Below, one piece after another: positions 9,597-19,484 of a stretch of DNA of 64,000 nucleotides (the first letter of the stretch is position 1; every line of letters starts with the position of its first letter). Position numbers and translations under genes: made by a program. Under the pieces are notes generated by a model, which saw nothing but the letters and a program-made list of their open reading frames with translations, made no database searches and was not told the DNA's origin. The DNA lies in assembly GCA_951813285.1 (NCBI GenBank), contig OX638355.1, forward strand, positions 4,712,437 to 4,776,436, read 5' to 3'. The stretch is from Terriglobia bacterium. GTDB lineage: Bacteria; Acidobacteriota; Terriglobia; Versatilivoradales; Versatilivoraceae.

Positions 9597-10379
9597 ATGG
9601 CCGTGCTGGAACAATTTTCCCTCAAGGGCCGGATCGCGCTGGTGACCGCCGGCGCCGGGCCCCAGTTCGGCAGCAGCCTGTCGGAAGGCCTGGCCGAAGC
9701 CGGAGCCACGGTAATCGTGGCCTCCCGCTCCCTTCAGCGGAACCTGGACTTCGCCCGCAGGTTGAAGGAGCGGGGCCATGACGCCCACGGCATGCAGGTC
9801 GACATCTGCGAGACCGACTCCATTCAGCGCCTGCACGACCGCATCCTGCAGCAGTTCGGCCGCCTCGACATCCTGGTCAACAGCGCCCTGGCCCGGGTGG
9901 GCGGCGGCTTCGAAACCCAGACCTCGGAGGACTGGCTGGAAAGCGCCAAGGGGGACATGGTGGGTCTGTTCACCATCTGCAGGGCCTTCGTTCCCGACAT
10001 GGTCCGGCAGAAGCGGGGATCGATCATCAACATCGCCAGCATCTACGGCGTGGTGGCCAACGACCCCACCCTCTACGAAGGCACCGGCATGCTGCAGGCG
10101 CCGACCTACAACTTCGTCAAGGCGGGCATGATCAACTTTACCCGCCACATCGCCAACTACTACGGGAAGCAGGGGGTGCGGGCCAACTGCATCTCCCCCG
10201 GAGGCTACTTCAACCATCAGCCCAAGCCTTTTCTGGACAACTACTGCAAGCGAGTCCCCATCGGGCGCCTGCTCGACAACGAGGACATCAAGGGGGCGGC
10301 GGTCTTCCTGGCCTCCGACGCTTCGGCCTACGTCACCGGAATCAACCTCATGCTGGACGGAGGTTGGACCACCCTGTAA
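9597..10379 (+). CDS. SDR-family oxidoreductase
   Basis: 'GRIALVTAGAGPQFG' Rossmann motif, catalytic 'YNFVK', 'NIAS'. Shine-Dalgarno GGGGAGG 7 nt upstream. Confidence 0.9.
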   Translation: MAVLEQFSLKGRIALVTAGAGPQFGSSLSEGLAEAGATVIVASRSLQRNLDFARRLKERGHDAHGMQVDICETDSIQRLHDRILQQFGRLDILVNSALARVGGGFETQTSEDWLESAKGDMVGLFTICRAFVPDMVRQKRGSIINIASIYGVVANDPTLYEGTGMLQAPTYNFVKAGMINFTRHIANYYGKQGVRANCISPGGYFNHQPKPFLDNYCKRVPIGRLLDNEDIKGAAVFLASDASAYVTGINLMLDGGWTTL

Positions 10380-10408
10380 CCGACCTGTCAACCCCCACGG
10401 AAATCCCC

Positions 10409-11725
10409 ATGACCCTGGAAAAATCCGCCCGCTGGTTTGAAGAGAACAAGAAGTTTCTGGCCGGAGGCGTCAGCAGCGACGTGCGCAAGGCCGAGCTCCC
10501 CCACCCCCTCTACTTCGAGTCGGGCTCGGGAAGCCGGATTCGAGACGTGGACGGCAACGAGTACATCGACTACGTGCTTGGACAGGGGCCGCTGCTGCTG
10601 GGCCACAGTCCCCGCCCGGTGCTGGAGGCCGTCCACCGGCAACTGGACCGTGGCCTGGTCTTCGCCGGTCAACACCAGGCCGAGGCCGAACTGGCCCGGC
10701 TGTTGACCGAGGCGATTCCCTGCGCCGAGAGGATCCGGTTCAACAGCACCGGCTCCGAGGCCGTGATTACGGCCCTGCGGGCGGCCCGGGCCTACCGCGG
10801 GCGCAACCTGGTGGTCAAGTTCGAGGGGCAATGGCACGGCTGGTACGACAGCCTGTTCGTCTCGACGGCTCCGGGGCCCGCCCAGCAGGGCGACCGCAGC
10901 AGCCCCAACCCGGTCTTGCCCAGCAAGGGCCAGGTGGCCAACGCCGCCGACAACCTGGTCATCATGCCCTGGAACGACCTGGAGCTTCTGGAGGACCTGT
11001 TTGCCCGGCGCGGCCACGAGATCGCAGCCATCCTGACCGAGCCGGTGATGTGCAATTCTGGAAGCCTCATGCCCCGGCCCGGATTCCTGCAAGGGTTGCG
11101 CAACCTCTGCGACCGCTACGAGTCCGTCCTGATCTTCGACGAAGTGATTACCGGCTTCCGCCTGGCCCTGGGAGGAGCCCAGGAGATCTTCGGCGTCACC
11201 CCCGACCTGGCCACCTACGCCAAGGGCATCGCCAGCGGCTTCACCTTGAGCGCAGTGGTGGGCAAGGCCGAAGTCATGGACCTGATTTCCAGCGGCCAGG
11301 TGGTGCATGCCGGGACCTACAACAGCAATCCGGTGGTCATCGCCGCCGGTCTGGCCACCCTGCAGACCCTCACCGGCGACCGGGAAGCCGTCTACTCCCA
11401 CCTCAACCGCCTCGGCGGCCGCTTGCGCGAAGGGCTGGCGGAGCGGCTGGGACGGGCTGAAGTCCCTGCCCTGGTGGGCGGCCTGGGACCGGTGGTGCAG
11501 GTCAGCCTCACCGACCGGGAAGCCCTCAACGACTACCGCGAATGGGCCACCCGGGACGACCGCACCTACCAGGGCCTGGTCACCGACCTGGTCTACAAGG
11601 GAATCCGCACCACCGGCCGGGGCACCTGGTACGTCTCCACTGCCCACACCGACGCCGACGTGGATGAGACGCTGGATGCGTTTGCGCGGGTTCTCGAGGA
11701 GTTCAGAAACGCCCCTCAAGCCTGA
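10409..11725 (+). CDS. Class-III PLP aminotransferase (glutamate-1-semialdehyde aminomutase-like)
   Basis: 'FLAGGVSSDVRK...YFESGSGSRIRDVDGNEYIDYV', 'IFDEVITGFR', 'TYAKGIASGF'. I prefer the ATG at 10409 over the TTG at 10364, which overlaps the SDR stop. Confidence 0.85.
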   Translation: MTLEKSARWFEENKKFLAGGVSSDVRKAELPHPLYFESGSGSRIRDVDGNEYIDYVLGQGPLLLGHSPRPVLEAVHRQLDRGLVFAGQHQAEAELARLLTEAIPCAERIRFNSTGSEAVITALRAARAYRGRNLVVKFEGQWHGWYDSLFVSTAPGPAQQGDRSSPNPVLPSKGQVANAADNLVIMPWNDLELLEDLFARRGHEIAAILTEPVMCNSGSLMPRPGFLQGLRNLCDRYESVLIFDEVITGFRLALGGAQEIFGVTPDLATYAKGIASGFTLSAVVGKAEVMDLISSGQVVHAGTYNSNPVVIAAGLATLQTLTGDREAVYSHLNRLGGRLREGLAERLGRAEVPALVGGLGPVVQVSLTDREALNDYREWATRDDRTYQGLVTDLVYKGIRTTGRGTWYVSTAHTDADVDETLDAFARVLEEFRNAPQA

Positions 11726-12845
11726 GGAAATCGATGGGCCAGCCGGTTTTCCCCTCCAGGGCCAGGTCGGCCAGGACTTCCCCCACCACGGGCGCGAACT
11801 TGAACCCGTGACCGGAGAAGCCGGCCCCGAACAGCACCTGCTCGTAATGGGGATGGCGGTCGATGATGAAGTGGCCGTCGGGCGTCATGGTGTAGAGGCA
11901 GGTCTTGGCGGCCGGCATCTGGTCCAGCGGAGGACGGTCGGGGTCCAGCAGGCCCGGGACAAACCGGGCGATATCCCGTACCAGGGGAGCCAGTTCGGCT
12001 TCCGTCACCGGGGGAACCTGAACGGGGAATGCCGGCAGGGGGTCGCCCTTCTCGTGATAGGCGATCTTGACGCCGGCGCCTCCGATTTCGGGAAAACCGT
12101 AGAAGGCCCCGGGAGCAAAGACGAAGATGGGGAAAGAGCCGGGTTGAAACCATTGCGGCCGGTGGGGTCTGAACCAGGTCAGCACCTGGCGTCTCACCAG
12201 CAACGGCAGCTTCAAGGCCCTCAGGATGGCGCCGCTCCAGGCCCCGGCGGCGACCACCAGCCGCTTGGCCCGAATCTGTCGGTCGCGGGTGCTCACCCGA
12301 ACCTCCCGTCCCTCGACCGACCACCCCAGGACTTCCTGGTCCAGCCTCAGCTCTGCCCCCAGGCGGCGAGCTCCCTGTAAAGCACAGCCCACGGCAGCAG
12401 ACACGTCGATCAGGCCGGCCCGGTCGTCCAGCAGCCCGGTAAAGTTCCCCGGGGGATTGAAGGCGGGAAAGCGCCGCCGAATCTCCTCCCCGGACAGGGA
12501 CTGAACCGGCAATCCGTGAACGGCAGCACTTTGCTGAACCCCGTGGATCAGAGGGCTGCCGGCCTCTCCCAGGCTCAGCACCCCCGTCCAGGTCAGCAAC
12601 TCGGGGCGGCCTTCCGCGGCCAGGCGCTCCCAGAGCTCCAGGGCCCGCTTCATCAGCGGCACGTAATCGGGATGTTCCGTGTAGATGGTGCGAAAGGCCC
12701 GGGTCTCGCCGCCGTGGCTGCCCTGATCATGGGGTGGGGAGAACCGGTCGAAGCCGATCACCGAAGCGCCCCGGCCGGCCAACTCCAGGGCGGTGAAGCT
12801 TCCCATGGCCCCCAGGCCGACAATGGCCACGTCGTAACCTGGCAT
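11703..12845 (-). CDS. FAD-dependent oxidoreductase, monomeric sarcosine oxidase / N-methyltryptophan oxidase (MSOX/SolA/pipecolate oxidase) family
   Basis: 'YDVAIVGLGAMGSFTALELAGRG' dinucleotide-binding motif and overall MSOX-like length and architecture. Confidence 0.85.
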   Translation of the reverse strand: MPGYDVAIVGLGAMGSFTALELAGRGASVIGFDRFSPPHDQGSHGGETRAFRTIYTEHPDYVPLMKRALELWERLAAEGRPELLTWTGVLSLGEAGSPLIHGVQQSAAVHGLPVQSLSGEEIRRRFPAFNPPGNFTGLLDDRAGLIDVSAAVGCALQGARRLGAELRLDQEVLGWSVEGREVRVSTRDRQIRAKRLVVAAGAWSGAILRALKLPLLVRRQVLTWFRPHRPQWFQPGSFPIFVFAPGAFYGFPEIGGAGVKIAYHEKGDPLPAFPVQVPPVTEAELAPLVRDIARFVPGLLDPDRPPLDQMPAAKTCLYTMTPDGHFIIDRHPHYEQVLFGAGFSGHGFKFAPVVGEVLADLALEGKTGWPIDFLRLEGRF

Positions 12846-13005
12846 GCTTGCGATCTTGTCGGCTCCCGGATTTCTCTGTGCTGGATGGCTTGAGTCGAAA
12901 CAACGTTGACGGACGAGGCGGGAAATGTGGATTTCGGATTGTAGATTCTTGATTTGAGGCTAAACCAGTCGTCCTTACCCCCAAATCCACAATCGGAAAT
13001 CAACA

Positions 13006-13025
13006 GAGCCTTTTGCAAAAGGCTC
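13006..13025. terminator. Perfect palindrome GAGCCTTTTGCAAAAGGCTC (8-bp stem, TGCA loop) downstream of the minus-strand OCD-family gene
   Basis: Self-complementary 20-mer 74 nt downstream of the OCD-family stop. The same 'gagccttttgcaaaa' half-site is also the outer TIR of MITE family A, so it may be a repeat module rather than a dedicated terminator. Confidence 0.25.
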
Positions 13026-13098
13026 AACAATCAACGATTCCCTTTGTGGATATCTCTTTTCCCTTTTCGCCCGCATTTTGCGTCGAGGCACGGCCTCG

Positions 13099-14080
13099 CT
13101 AGCTGAAAGCCACCCTCCGGCCCAATCCCTTGGCCAGCGCCTGCTCGTAGATGCTGGCGGCCACGGTGGTGTCCTGAACCCCCAGGCCGATCCCGTCGAA
13201 GAGGGTGATCTCGTCCTCCCGCCGGCGGCCCTTCACCTGGCCCAGAATCACCTGCCCCAGGCTGCCGGCGTAGCAGTCCTTGCTCAGGATGCCCTGCTCC
13301 ACCGCCTGGCTGGCCTCGCCCCGCTGCAGGCAGTGCTCCACCTTGTCGGCAAAGAGCCGGCAGCGCGGCAGCAGATCCGGCTCACACTCGATCTTGGTGT
13401 GCAGGTCGGCCCCCATGCAGGAGAGGTGGGTCCCTTCCCTCACCCACTCGCTCCGCACGATGGGCGCGGTGCTGTTGGTGGCGGTGCAGATCACGTCGGC
13501 TTCCCGACAGGCTCTTTCGGCATCGGTCACCTCGATCGGGACCGGCGTTTCCTCGGCCAAGTCCGCCGCCAGCCGCTCGGCCTGGTCTTTCCGGATATCG
13601 AAGAGCAGGATGCTCCGGAAGGGCCGCACCCGGCTCAAGGCCCGCACGCACTGGCGCCCCAGTTGGCCTGAGCCGATGACCGCCAGCACGGCCGCCTCCC
13701 GCGGGGCCAGGTGCTTGGCCGCCACCGCCGCGGCCGCGGCTGTCCGGTACATGGTCGCCAGCACCGATTCCACGATCAGCAGCAGCTCGCCGGTGTCCGG
13801 ATCGTAGAGGTTCATGGTGCTGAAGATGGTGGGCAGCCCGCGCTCGACGTTGCCCTTGCGCTCCTGTCCCATCTTCATGGAGAACTTGTGGGTGGCCTTG
13901 GTGTAGCCGGTCAGGCAGGCGGCAATGCCTCCGGGCAGATCCACGATGCACTTGGGGGGAAGCAGGTCCTCTCCCTTTTCGAACTGGGCCAGGCACGTCT
14001 CGATCGCTGGCACGATCTCCTGCAGGTCGATCTGCGCCGCCACTTCCCCGCGAGTCAGAACGATTGTTTCTCTAGCCATG
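13099..14080 (-). CDS. Ornithine cyclodeaminase / mu-crystallin family protein
   Basis: From the internal ATG 'MARETIVLTRGEV...'. The upstream part of the listed ORF overlaps the next gene and is low complexity. NAD-binding 'LAVIGSGQLGRQ' and overall OCD-family similarity. Confidence 0.85.
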
Positions 14081-15225
14081 GAATCATCCTTTCGAAAGCG
14101 GACTCGATCCGGTCCATCGAGGTGGCGTAGCTCAGCCGCAGGCCGTTGCGGCAGGATTGCCCGAAGGTGTCCCCCGGGATGGCGCAGACCCGGATCTCCT
14201 GCAGCATCCTGAGCGTGAACCGGGCCCCGTCTTCCCCGGCGGGCAGCGAAGGCATGATGTAGAAGGCACCCTGCGGACGGTAGCCCTGCAGGTGGCGGCA
14301 CTGCTCCAGCAGCTCCACGATGCGGTTCCGGCGCTTCCGGTATTCGCCTACCATTCGATCGACACAGCCCTGGTCACCCTGCAAAGCCGCCACGGAGGCC
14401 CACTGTCCCGGCGTGTTCCCCACCGTAGTGGTATAGGTGTGGTAGCGCCTCAAGGTCTGGAGGTTCTTGCGGCTGGAGATCAGCCATCCCACTCGCATGC
14501 CCGGCATGCTGTAGGTCTTGGAAACACTGCTGGCCACGATCAGGTGATCCAGATCCACCTCGCAGTTGAGGACGCTGGAAGGCTCCATCTCGTCCAGGAT
14601 CAACCGGTCGTAGACCTCGTCGCTAATGACGGTAATCCCCCGCTTGGCGGCGGCCTGACAGATGGCCTCCAGGGTCGAGGGAGGATAGACGGTGCCGGTG
14701 GGGTTGCCGGGGGAGTTGAGGATGACTGCGCAGGTCCGGGGCCCCATGGCGTCGATCACTTCCTGGGGATCCACCTGGTAGCCCTGCTCGGCAGTGGTGA
14801 CGATGCGCCGGACGCTGCCTCCGGCCAGACCCACCAGCGGCTGGAAGAGCACGAAGCTGGGCTCGATGACGATCACCTCGCGCCCCGGCGCCGCCAAGCT
14901 GGTCACCGCCAGGAAGATGGCCTCCCCGGCTCCGGTGGTCTCCAGCAGGTTCTCCTCCACCAGTTTCCGGCCGCTGGCTCGCCCGTAAATCCCGGCCAGA
15001 GCAGAAAGCAGCTCCGGCAGGCCGGCATCCAGGGTGTAGTGGGTCTTGTCCTGGCGCAGTGCCTCCACGTGTGCCTCGACGATGTGCGGGGGCGTGGGAA
15101 AGTCGGGCTGCCCGATGGAGAGGTGGATGACGTCCTCCATGGTGGCCGCCAGGTTGAACATCCGGCGAATTCCCGAAACCGGCAGCGCCGACAGCGCGGG
15201 ATTCCATTGAAGGGATGGAGTCATG
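14055..15225 (-). CDS. Class I/II PLP-dependent aminotransferase (aspartate aminotransferase-like)
   Basis: From 'MTPSLQWNPALSALPVSGIRRMFNLAA'. PLP-lysine region 'SVSKTYSMPGMRVGW'. The longer upstream extension is Arg-rich and spurious. Confidence 0.85.
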
Positions 15226-15589
15226 GTCTGAAGGTAATGTCCTGGCTTTGGGTGGGCTGACGGCCCCCTTCGTATCAGCCTTCGGCTGGTCTTCCTCCCT
15301 GTTGGGCTGGCGTTTGCCCCCCTCCGCATCAGCCTTCGCCTGTCGGCTCGGCTTCTGCGACTCCCCTCAAGGGGAGAGTGACGGAGCCGCTTGAGGGAGG
15401 TTCGAGTAACAGCCCGCCCCAGAATGCCCCAAGCCGTCCCCCCAAGTCGAGCGTTTTTGGATTGGGGCGCGTTCGAGGGGGCTTTTCCTGGGGGTGTGGT
15501 TGACGTGGTTCGAGAGAAGCTGTGCGTTGGGGGAAGGGCGCACCTGGTTCGCCGCCTTCGCGGCTGACGGAGTGCAGAATTCACACCCC

Positions 15590-15951
15590 CATGGGCTGAC
15601 GCCCACGGCTAAGTACACTGGTTCATAAGTATTGCCACGTATACGTAGCTGCCAAGTCGAGTCTCGCCAGTAAGGTTTCCAGGGTGAACTTTAATAGACC
15701 AGCCAGAATACGTATTAGTACTTATGTGCAGGGGTATTAAGTGCTGGCGAGGCTACGGCGCTCTATAGGGAAGACCTGTAGAAAGCGTTTCGATGGGTAA
15801 CCGACGTCAACCGCGGCTACGCCGCTCTCCCCCAAACCACAACACTGCCGGGGGATAGGATTCTTAAATAATCATCTCCCGGGCGCCAGCCCGGGGTTCG
15901 AGACAAGCCGCGAATGCGGCGCCCGCACTTAGCCGTGGGCGTAAGCCCATG
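15590..15951. repeat. About 360-bp intergenic element bounded by inverted repeats CCATGGGCTGACGCCCACGGCTAAGT / ACTTAGCCGTGGGCGTAAGCCCATGG
   Basis: Terminal inverted repeats at 15590-15616 and 15926-15951. Internal modules (ggctacggcgctctataggga, agccgcgaatgcggcg, agccgcgtaggcggcg) recur at 25190-25340 and 57800-58000. Confidence 0.5.
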
Positions 15952-15995
15952 GAAACGGCGCCCCCACCCCCAAGCCGCGTAGGCGGCGACAGCAA

Positions 15996-17705
15996 TCATT
16001 CCGAGTCCGCATCGCTCACGGGGATGCGCTCCAAGACAAAGTCCTCGATGCGGACTGTCTTGGAGAACGCACCCAGGTGGGTGGTCTCGACGCGTACCAG
16101 CTCGGCTCCCTCCAACCAGTTTTCAGGTAGCGGCGGGCTGCCCTCGGGGAGCCGGAATTCCAAGGACCGTCGACCGACCCGCAGCATGGAGACAATACCT
16201 GACCAGGGGTGGGGATTGGCCAATGTGGCGGGGAAAAAATGGTTTCGACTTCCCAGGAGCGCCTCCCGCCGGGAAGGGTGGACCAGCAGGTAGCATACGA
16301 TCATCCCGGCATCCAAAGTGAGCCTATGTTCGGACTCGCTGAGCAGGATGTTGAATCCCTGTTCCGATGGTCGGTAGATAAGACCGGTCACCGCCCGGAT
16401 GCGGCCGTGATCGGAGCCTCGGACATAGGAGTTCGCCGGGACTGGCCGCATGGTTGCCATCCGGTTCCGTTGCACCACGAACTCCACCTGGGCCTGGTAG
16501 ACCGTGGGGGCGCCGGCATGGCGGTCGTAGTGTTCCCGACGGATCGCAAACAACTCCAACGGAAGTTGCCAGGATGGAGCATACCTGTTGAGGACTTTTA
16601 CTCCGCCCAGCGATCCTTCCAGCATTGCCACCCGGTCCCAGTCCGAAAACTCGTCGATGTAAGACCGATATCGTGGGGACAGGTCAGGGTGGAAACGGGA
16701 ACTCCGCCAGCGATGACGTGCCAGGGCTTTGCCGGACGGTAAGACCTGCTCCGCGGATATGCCCGCGGGGATGGCAACCAGACCCGCGGGCAGCGAGTCC
16801 ACGGCAAGACCTCCCCTGAGAAACAGCCAATCGTCACCTTCGCGTTTCGTCCCTCGATGAAACTTGAGGCTCTCGACCTCGACCCGCGCCGCGACCTGCT
16901 CCGGGTCAAGGATGGCCCGGGTCACGGGGGCTTCTGTCGTCCAGAAATCCCAGGACCACAGAGTCATGAAGAGAATCATTCCGGGAAAAACCGAAGAGGC
17001 CAGGATCAGGCTTCGCTTCGTCCGCCGGGTCAAATACTGATGGCAGACCGCCGTCACGGCTACTGCCAGAAGGAACAGGGAAAATCCAATGGCCGCCGAA
17101 TCTTCAAGGGATCTATCCCAAAGGTCCCGACGATTATGGGTGAGATACAGACGGATTGTGTACTGTACGATTGCCAATCCAACAGCCGCGACAATTCCCA
17201 GGAACAACATGCGGGCCAGGTTGGGGGTCAAGGACGCCAGCATCATGAGAACGGAGAGAACCAGCAACTGGAGCACGACAATTTGTGGAACCGAGCGGAA
17301 GGCATCCAAAAGGGTCACGCCGTTGGAAAGGAGCATCAGGAACTGTAACACCAGGGTCGGAAGGATCACCGCGAGCAGCAGCAAGAGGGACTTGCTTGCC
17401 AGCACGCGGGCCCCGGAAACAGGACGGCTCAGCCAGAAGGCTGTACTGCCGACGGTTGAGTCCCTCTGTATCAGTTGCGAGACGATCAGCACCAGCAAGC
17501 CAAGTTCAAGAGCCGCCAGAAGCCAGGCCAAGCCGGCAAGCAAGACGCCCAACATCATTTCAATGGCAGGAGGAGAACTCGGAAGCCGCGGAAAAACTGC
17601 AATGAGGAGCAATTGCAGGATTGCGACGCTCCACCACCCCGCAAGAGGGAAAAGCAGTCGAAGGTCCCGGAAATCCTTGCCGATGATGTGAAACGTCCGT
17701 TTCAT
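15996..17705 (-). CDS. ABC-2-type transporter permease with a large C-terminal domain of about 330 aa and unknown function (paralog 2)
   Basis: 6-7 N-terminal TM helices with 'VGSTAFWLSRPVSGARVL' shared with its upstream paralog. A 4-bp ATGA overlap with the upstream gene implies translational coupling. Confidence 0.7.
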   Translation of the reverse strand: MKRTFHIIGKDFRDLRLLFPLAGWWSVAILQLLLIAVFPRLPSSPPAIEMMLGVLLAGLAWLLAALELGLLVLIVSQLIQRDSTVGSTAFWLSRPVSGARVLASKSLLLLLAVILPTLVLQFLMLLSNGVTLLDAFRSVPQIVVLQLLVLSVLMMLASLTPNLARMLFLGIVAAVGLAIVQYTIRLYLTHNRRDLWDRSLEDSAAIGFSLFLLAVAVTAVCHQYLTRRTKRSLILASSVFPGMILFMTLWSWDFWTTEAPVTRAILDPEQVAARVEVESLKFHRGTKREGDDWLFLRGGLAVDSLPAGLVAIPAGISAEQVLPSGKALARHRWRSSRFHPDLSPRYRSYIDEFSDWDRVAMLEGSLGGVKVLNRYAPSWQLPLELFAIRREHYDRHAGAPTVYQAQVEFVVQRNRMATMRPVPANSYVRGSDHGRIRAVTGLIYRPSEQGFNILLSESEHRLTLDAGMIVCYLLVHPSRREALLGSRNHFFPATLANPHPWSGIVSMLRVGRRSLEFRLPEGSPPLPENWLEGAELVRVETTHLGAFSKTVRIEDFVLERIPVSDADSE

Positions 17706-19465
17706 TCCCGCTCAATACTCCCGTTTGTGCCGCCGCCGGCTTCGGTCGGCGTCGCCTCCGGAGAGGACCGGGCAATTCGTTCCAACACCAGGTCCTCCAA
17801 GTGGATCGACCTGGAAATCCAACCCAGGTCGCGGCTTTCGATCCGGATCAGTTCGGCCCCGTCATACCAATCCGGACCGATCGGTGGGCCGTTATGAGGC
17901 GGACTGAAATTAAGCCTCAAACGCCGGACTCTCAGCATCGGGAAGCCACGGGACAGATGGGGTGGCATCGACAAGAAGGCCCCCGAATCCCACCCCACCA
18001 GCGCCTGCCGCCTGGACCGATTGATCAGGAGATAGGTAACCTGCCTGCGAACGTCCTGCATGAGCCGATGGCCGATCTCATTGATGTGGACGATCGAGTG
18101 GCCGCGGTTGGATGTGTCAACCGAGAGAATCGCCGCCCGGTCCGAGCCCCTGTCGTAGCCTGCTCCCTCCTCCAACCTCATGGCAGCGATCGCGTTCCTT
18201 TGGATCAGGAAATCCACCTGGGCGGTATATGCCATCCCGACCTCCCGATGGCGGTCGTAGAGATCCTTGCCGAACGCAAAGAGCTCCCAGTCGTGCAGCC
18301 CAACGGGGCCGTCGAAATCCAGTAGGGTTATCCCTCTTATAGTCTGTCTCAGCGCGGCGGCTCTCTCCCCGCTTACATATCCACCGCCCCAACGGGAGAC
18401 ATCGAAGGCATAGTTGCTCTGACTGACGTGACTGGCCAGATGCTCTCCGGAGGGCAAGACCAGCTTGGCAGATATCTGGGCCGCAATGGCGGCAACATCG
18501 GACGGCAGAGGTGACAGCGCAATGCTCCCCTTGAGAACCATCGTCTTGTCTCCCTTCAAGCCGAAGAGAGACAAAGGGGCCCGCGTTGAAGCGAGCGCCA
18601 GACTCTCCCGTTCGACCCTGGCTCCGACTTGTGCAGGGTTCAGGATTGCCGTGTCGAGCCCAGGTGGGGTTGTCCCCAAAAGCTGCTCCCAATTCCCCAT
18701 GGAAGAGATAAGGAGAGCCAGTAAGACCCCCGTCACCAGAAAAATCCTGCTCCAGGTCGTCCTTCGAGTCAGATATTGGCAGCCAACCACGCCCCCGGAT
18801 ATGACAAACAAGACCAGTGCGGTACCGACAAAAACGGTGTCGTAGCTGGGAGGCGGAACGGGCCGCGCCACCGTGATTTCATCGCTCAGAAAGGTTTCCA
18901 TCCCCAGGAAGAAAAGCGACCAGGCGCCAAGCGCTAAGAACCACAGCAGAGGCAGACCGAGAAACGCCAGGCCACCGGCCAGGATCGCTCTGGCCAGACT
19001 GGTGGTCACAGCCGCCAGCATCATGAGAAGAACCACCGCCAGCAGTGCCAGAAAGAAGATCTGCGGAACGGAGCGGAGGGTGTCGTAAGGGGTGACCCCA
19101 CAATTAATGAGGAGGCCGACTTCCACCAGGAGCGAGGGCAGGATGACGGCCAGCACAAGGAAAAGGACCTTACCGATCAGTAGCCGCACTCTCGAAACGG
19201 GCCGGCTCAGCCAGAAGGCGGTGCTGCCAACGGTGCAATCTTTCTGCACCAGTTGGGCAACGATCACTGCCAGCAGGCAGATCTTGAGGACTGCCAACCA
19301 CCCGGCAAAGGAAGAGAGAGAGAAGACAAGTCCTCTCTCAACGGGAAAAAGATGGGGAGCGTACCCGACCAAGACCGCCTGCAGGACCACCAGGCCCAGC
19401 CACAGGCCCAGATAGGGACGCAGACAGCGAAGGTCCCAAGCCGCCAAGTGCAGTATCAGGTTCAT
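17702..19465 (-). CDS. ABC-2-type transporter permease with a large C-terminal domain of unknown function (paralog 1)
   Basis: Same architecture as 15996..17705 and clearly paralogous in both the TM and C-terminal regions. Confidence 0.7.
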   Translation of the reverse strand: MNLILHLAAWDLRCLRPYLGLWLGLVVLQAVLVGYAPHLFPVERGLVFSLSSFAGWLAVLKICLLAVIVAQLVQKDCTVGSTAFWLSRPVSRVRLLIGKVLFLVLAVILPSLLVEVGLLINCGVTPYDTLRSVPQIFFLALLAVVLLMMLAAVTTSLARAILAGGLAFLGLPLLWFLALGAWSLFFLGMETFLSDEITVARPVPPPSYDTVFVGTALVLFVISGGVVGCQYLTRRTTWSRIFLVTGVLLALLISSMGNWEQLLGTTPPGLDTAILNPAQVGARVERESLALASTRAPLSLFGLKGDKTMVLKGSIALSPLPSDVAAIAAQISAKLVLPSGEHLASHVSQSNYAFDVSRWGGGYVSGERAAALRQTIRGITLLDFDGPVGLHDWELFAFGKDLYDRHREVGMAYTAQVDFLIQRNAIAAMRLEEGAGYDRGSDRAAILSVDTSNRGHSIVHINEIGHRLMQDVRRQVTYLLINRSRRQALVGWDSGAFLSMPPHLSRGFPMLRVRRLRLNFSPPHNGPPIGPDWYDGAELIRIESRDLGWISRSIHLEDLVLERIARSSPEATPTEAGGGTNGSIERE

Positions 19466-19484
19466 TTCGCCCTCCTATGCCCAC

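Noticed and set aside
10388-12380. Long ORFs 10388..11719 (-), 10831..11460 (+), 11307..12380 (+), 11716..12324 (-) overlapping the class-III aminotransferase and MSOX-like genes
   Set aside because: They lie in alternative frames or antisense to genes with clear family signatures. Products are Pro/Arg/Gly-rich and non-globular.
13006-13025. GAGCCTTTTGCAAAAGGCTC as a classic rho-independent terminator
   Set aside because: Only partly accepted. The hairpin is real, but the same half-site is a MITE outer terminus and there is no clear U-tract. It is kept as a low-confidence feature rather than a firm call.
14157-15260. 367-aa plus-strand ORF antisense to the class-I aminotransferase
   Set aside because: Low-complexity translation opposite a gene with an intact PLP-lysine motif.
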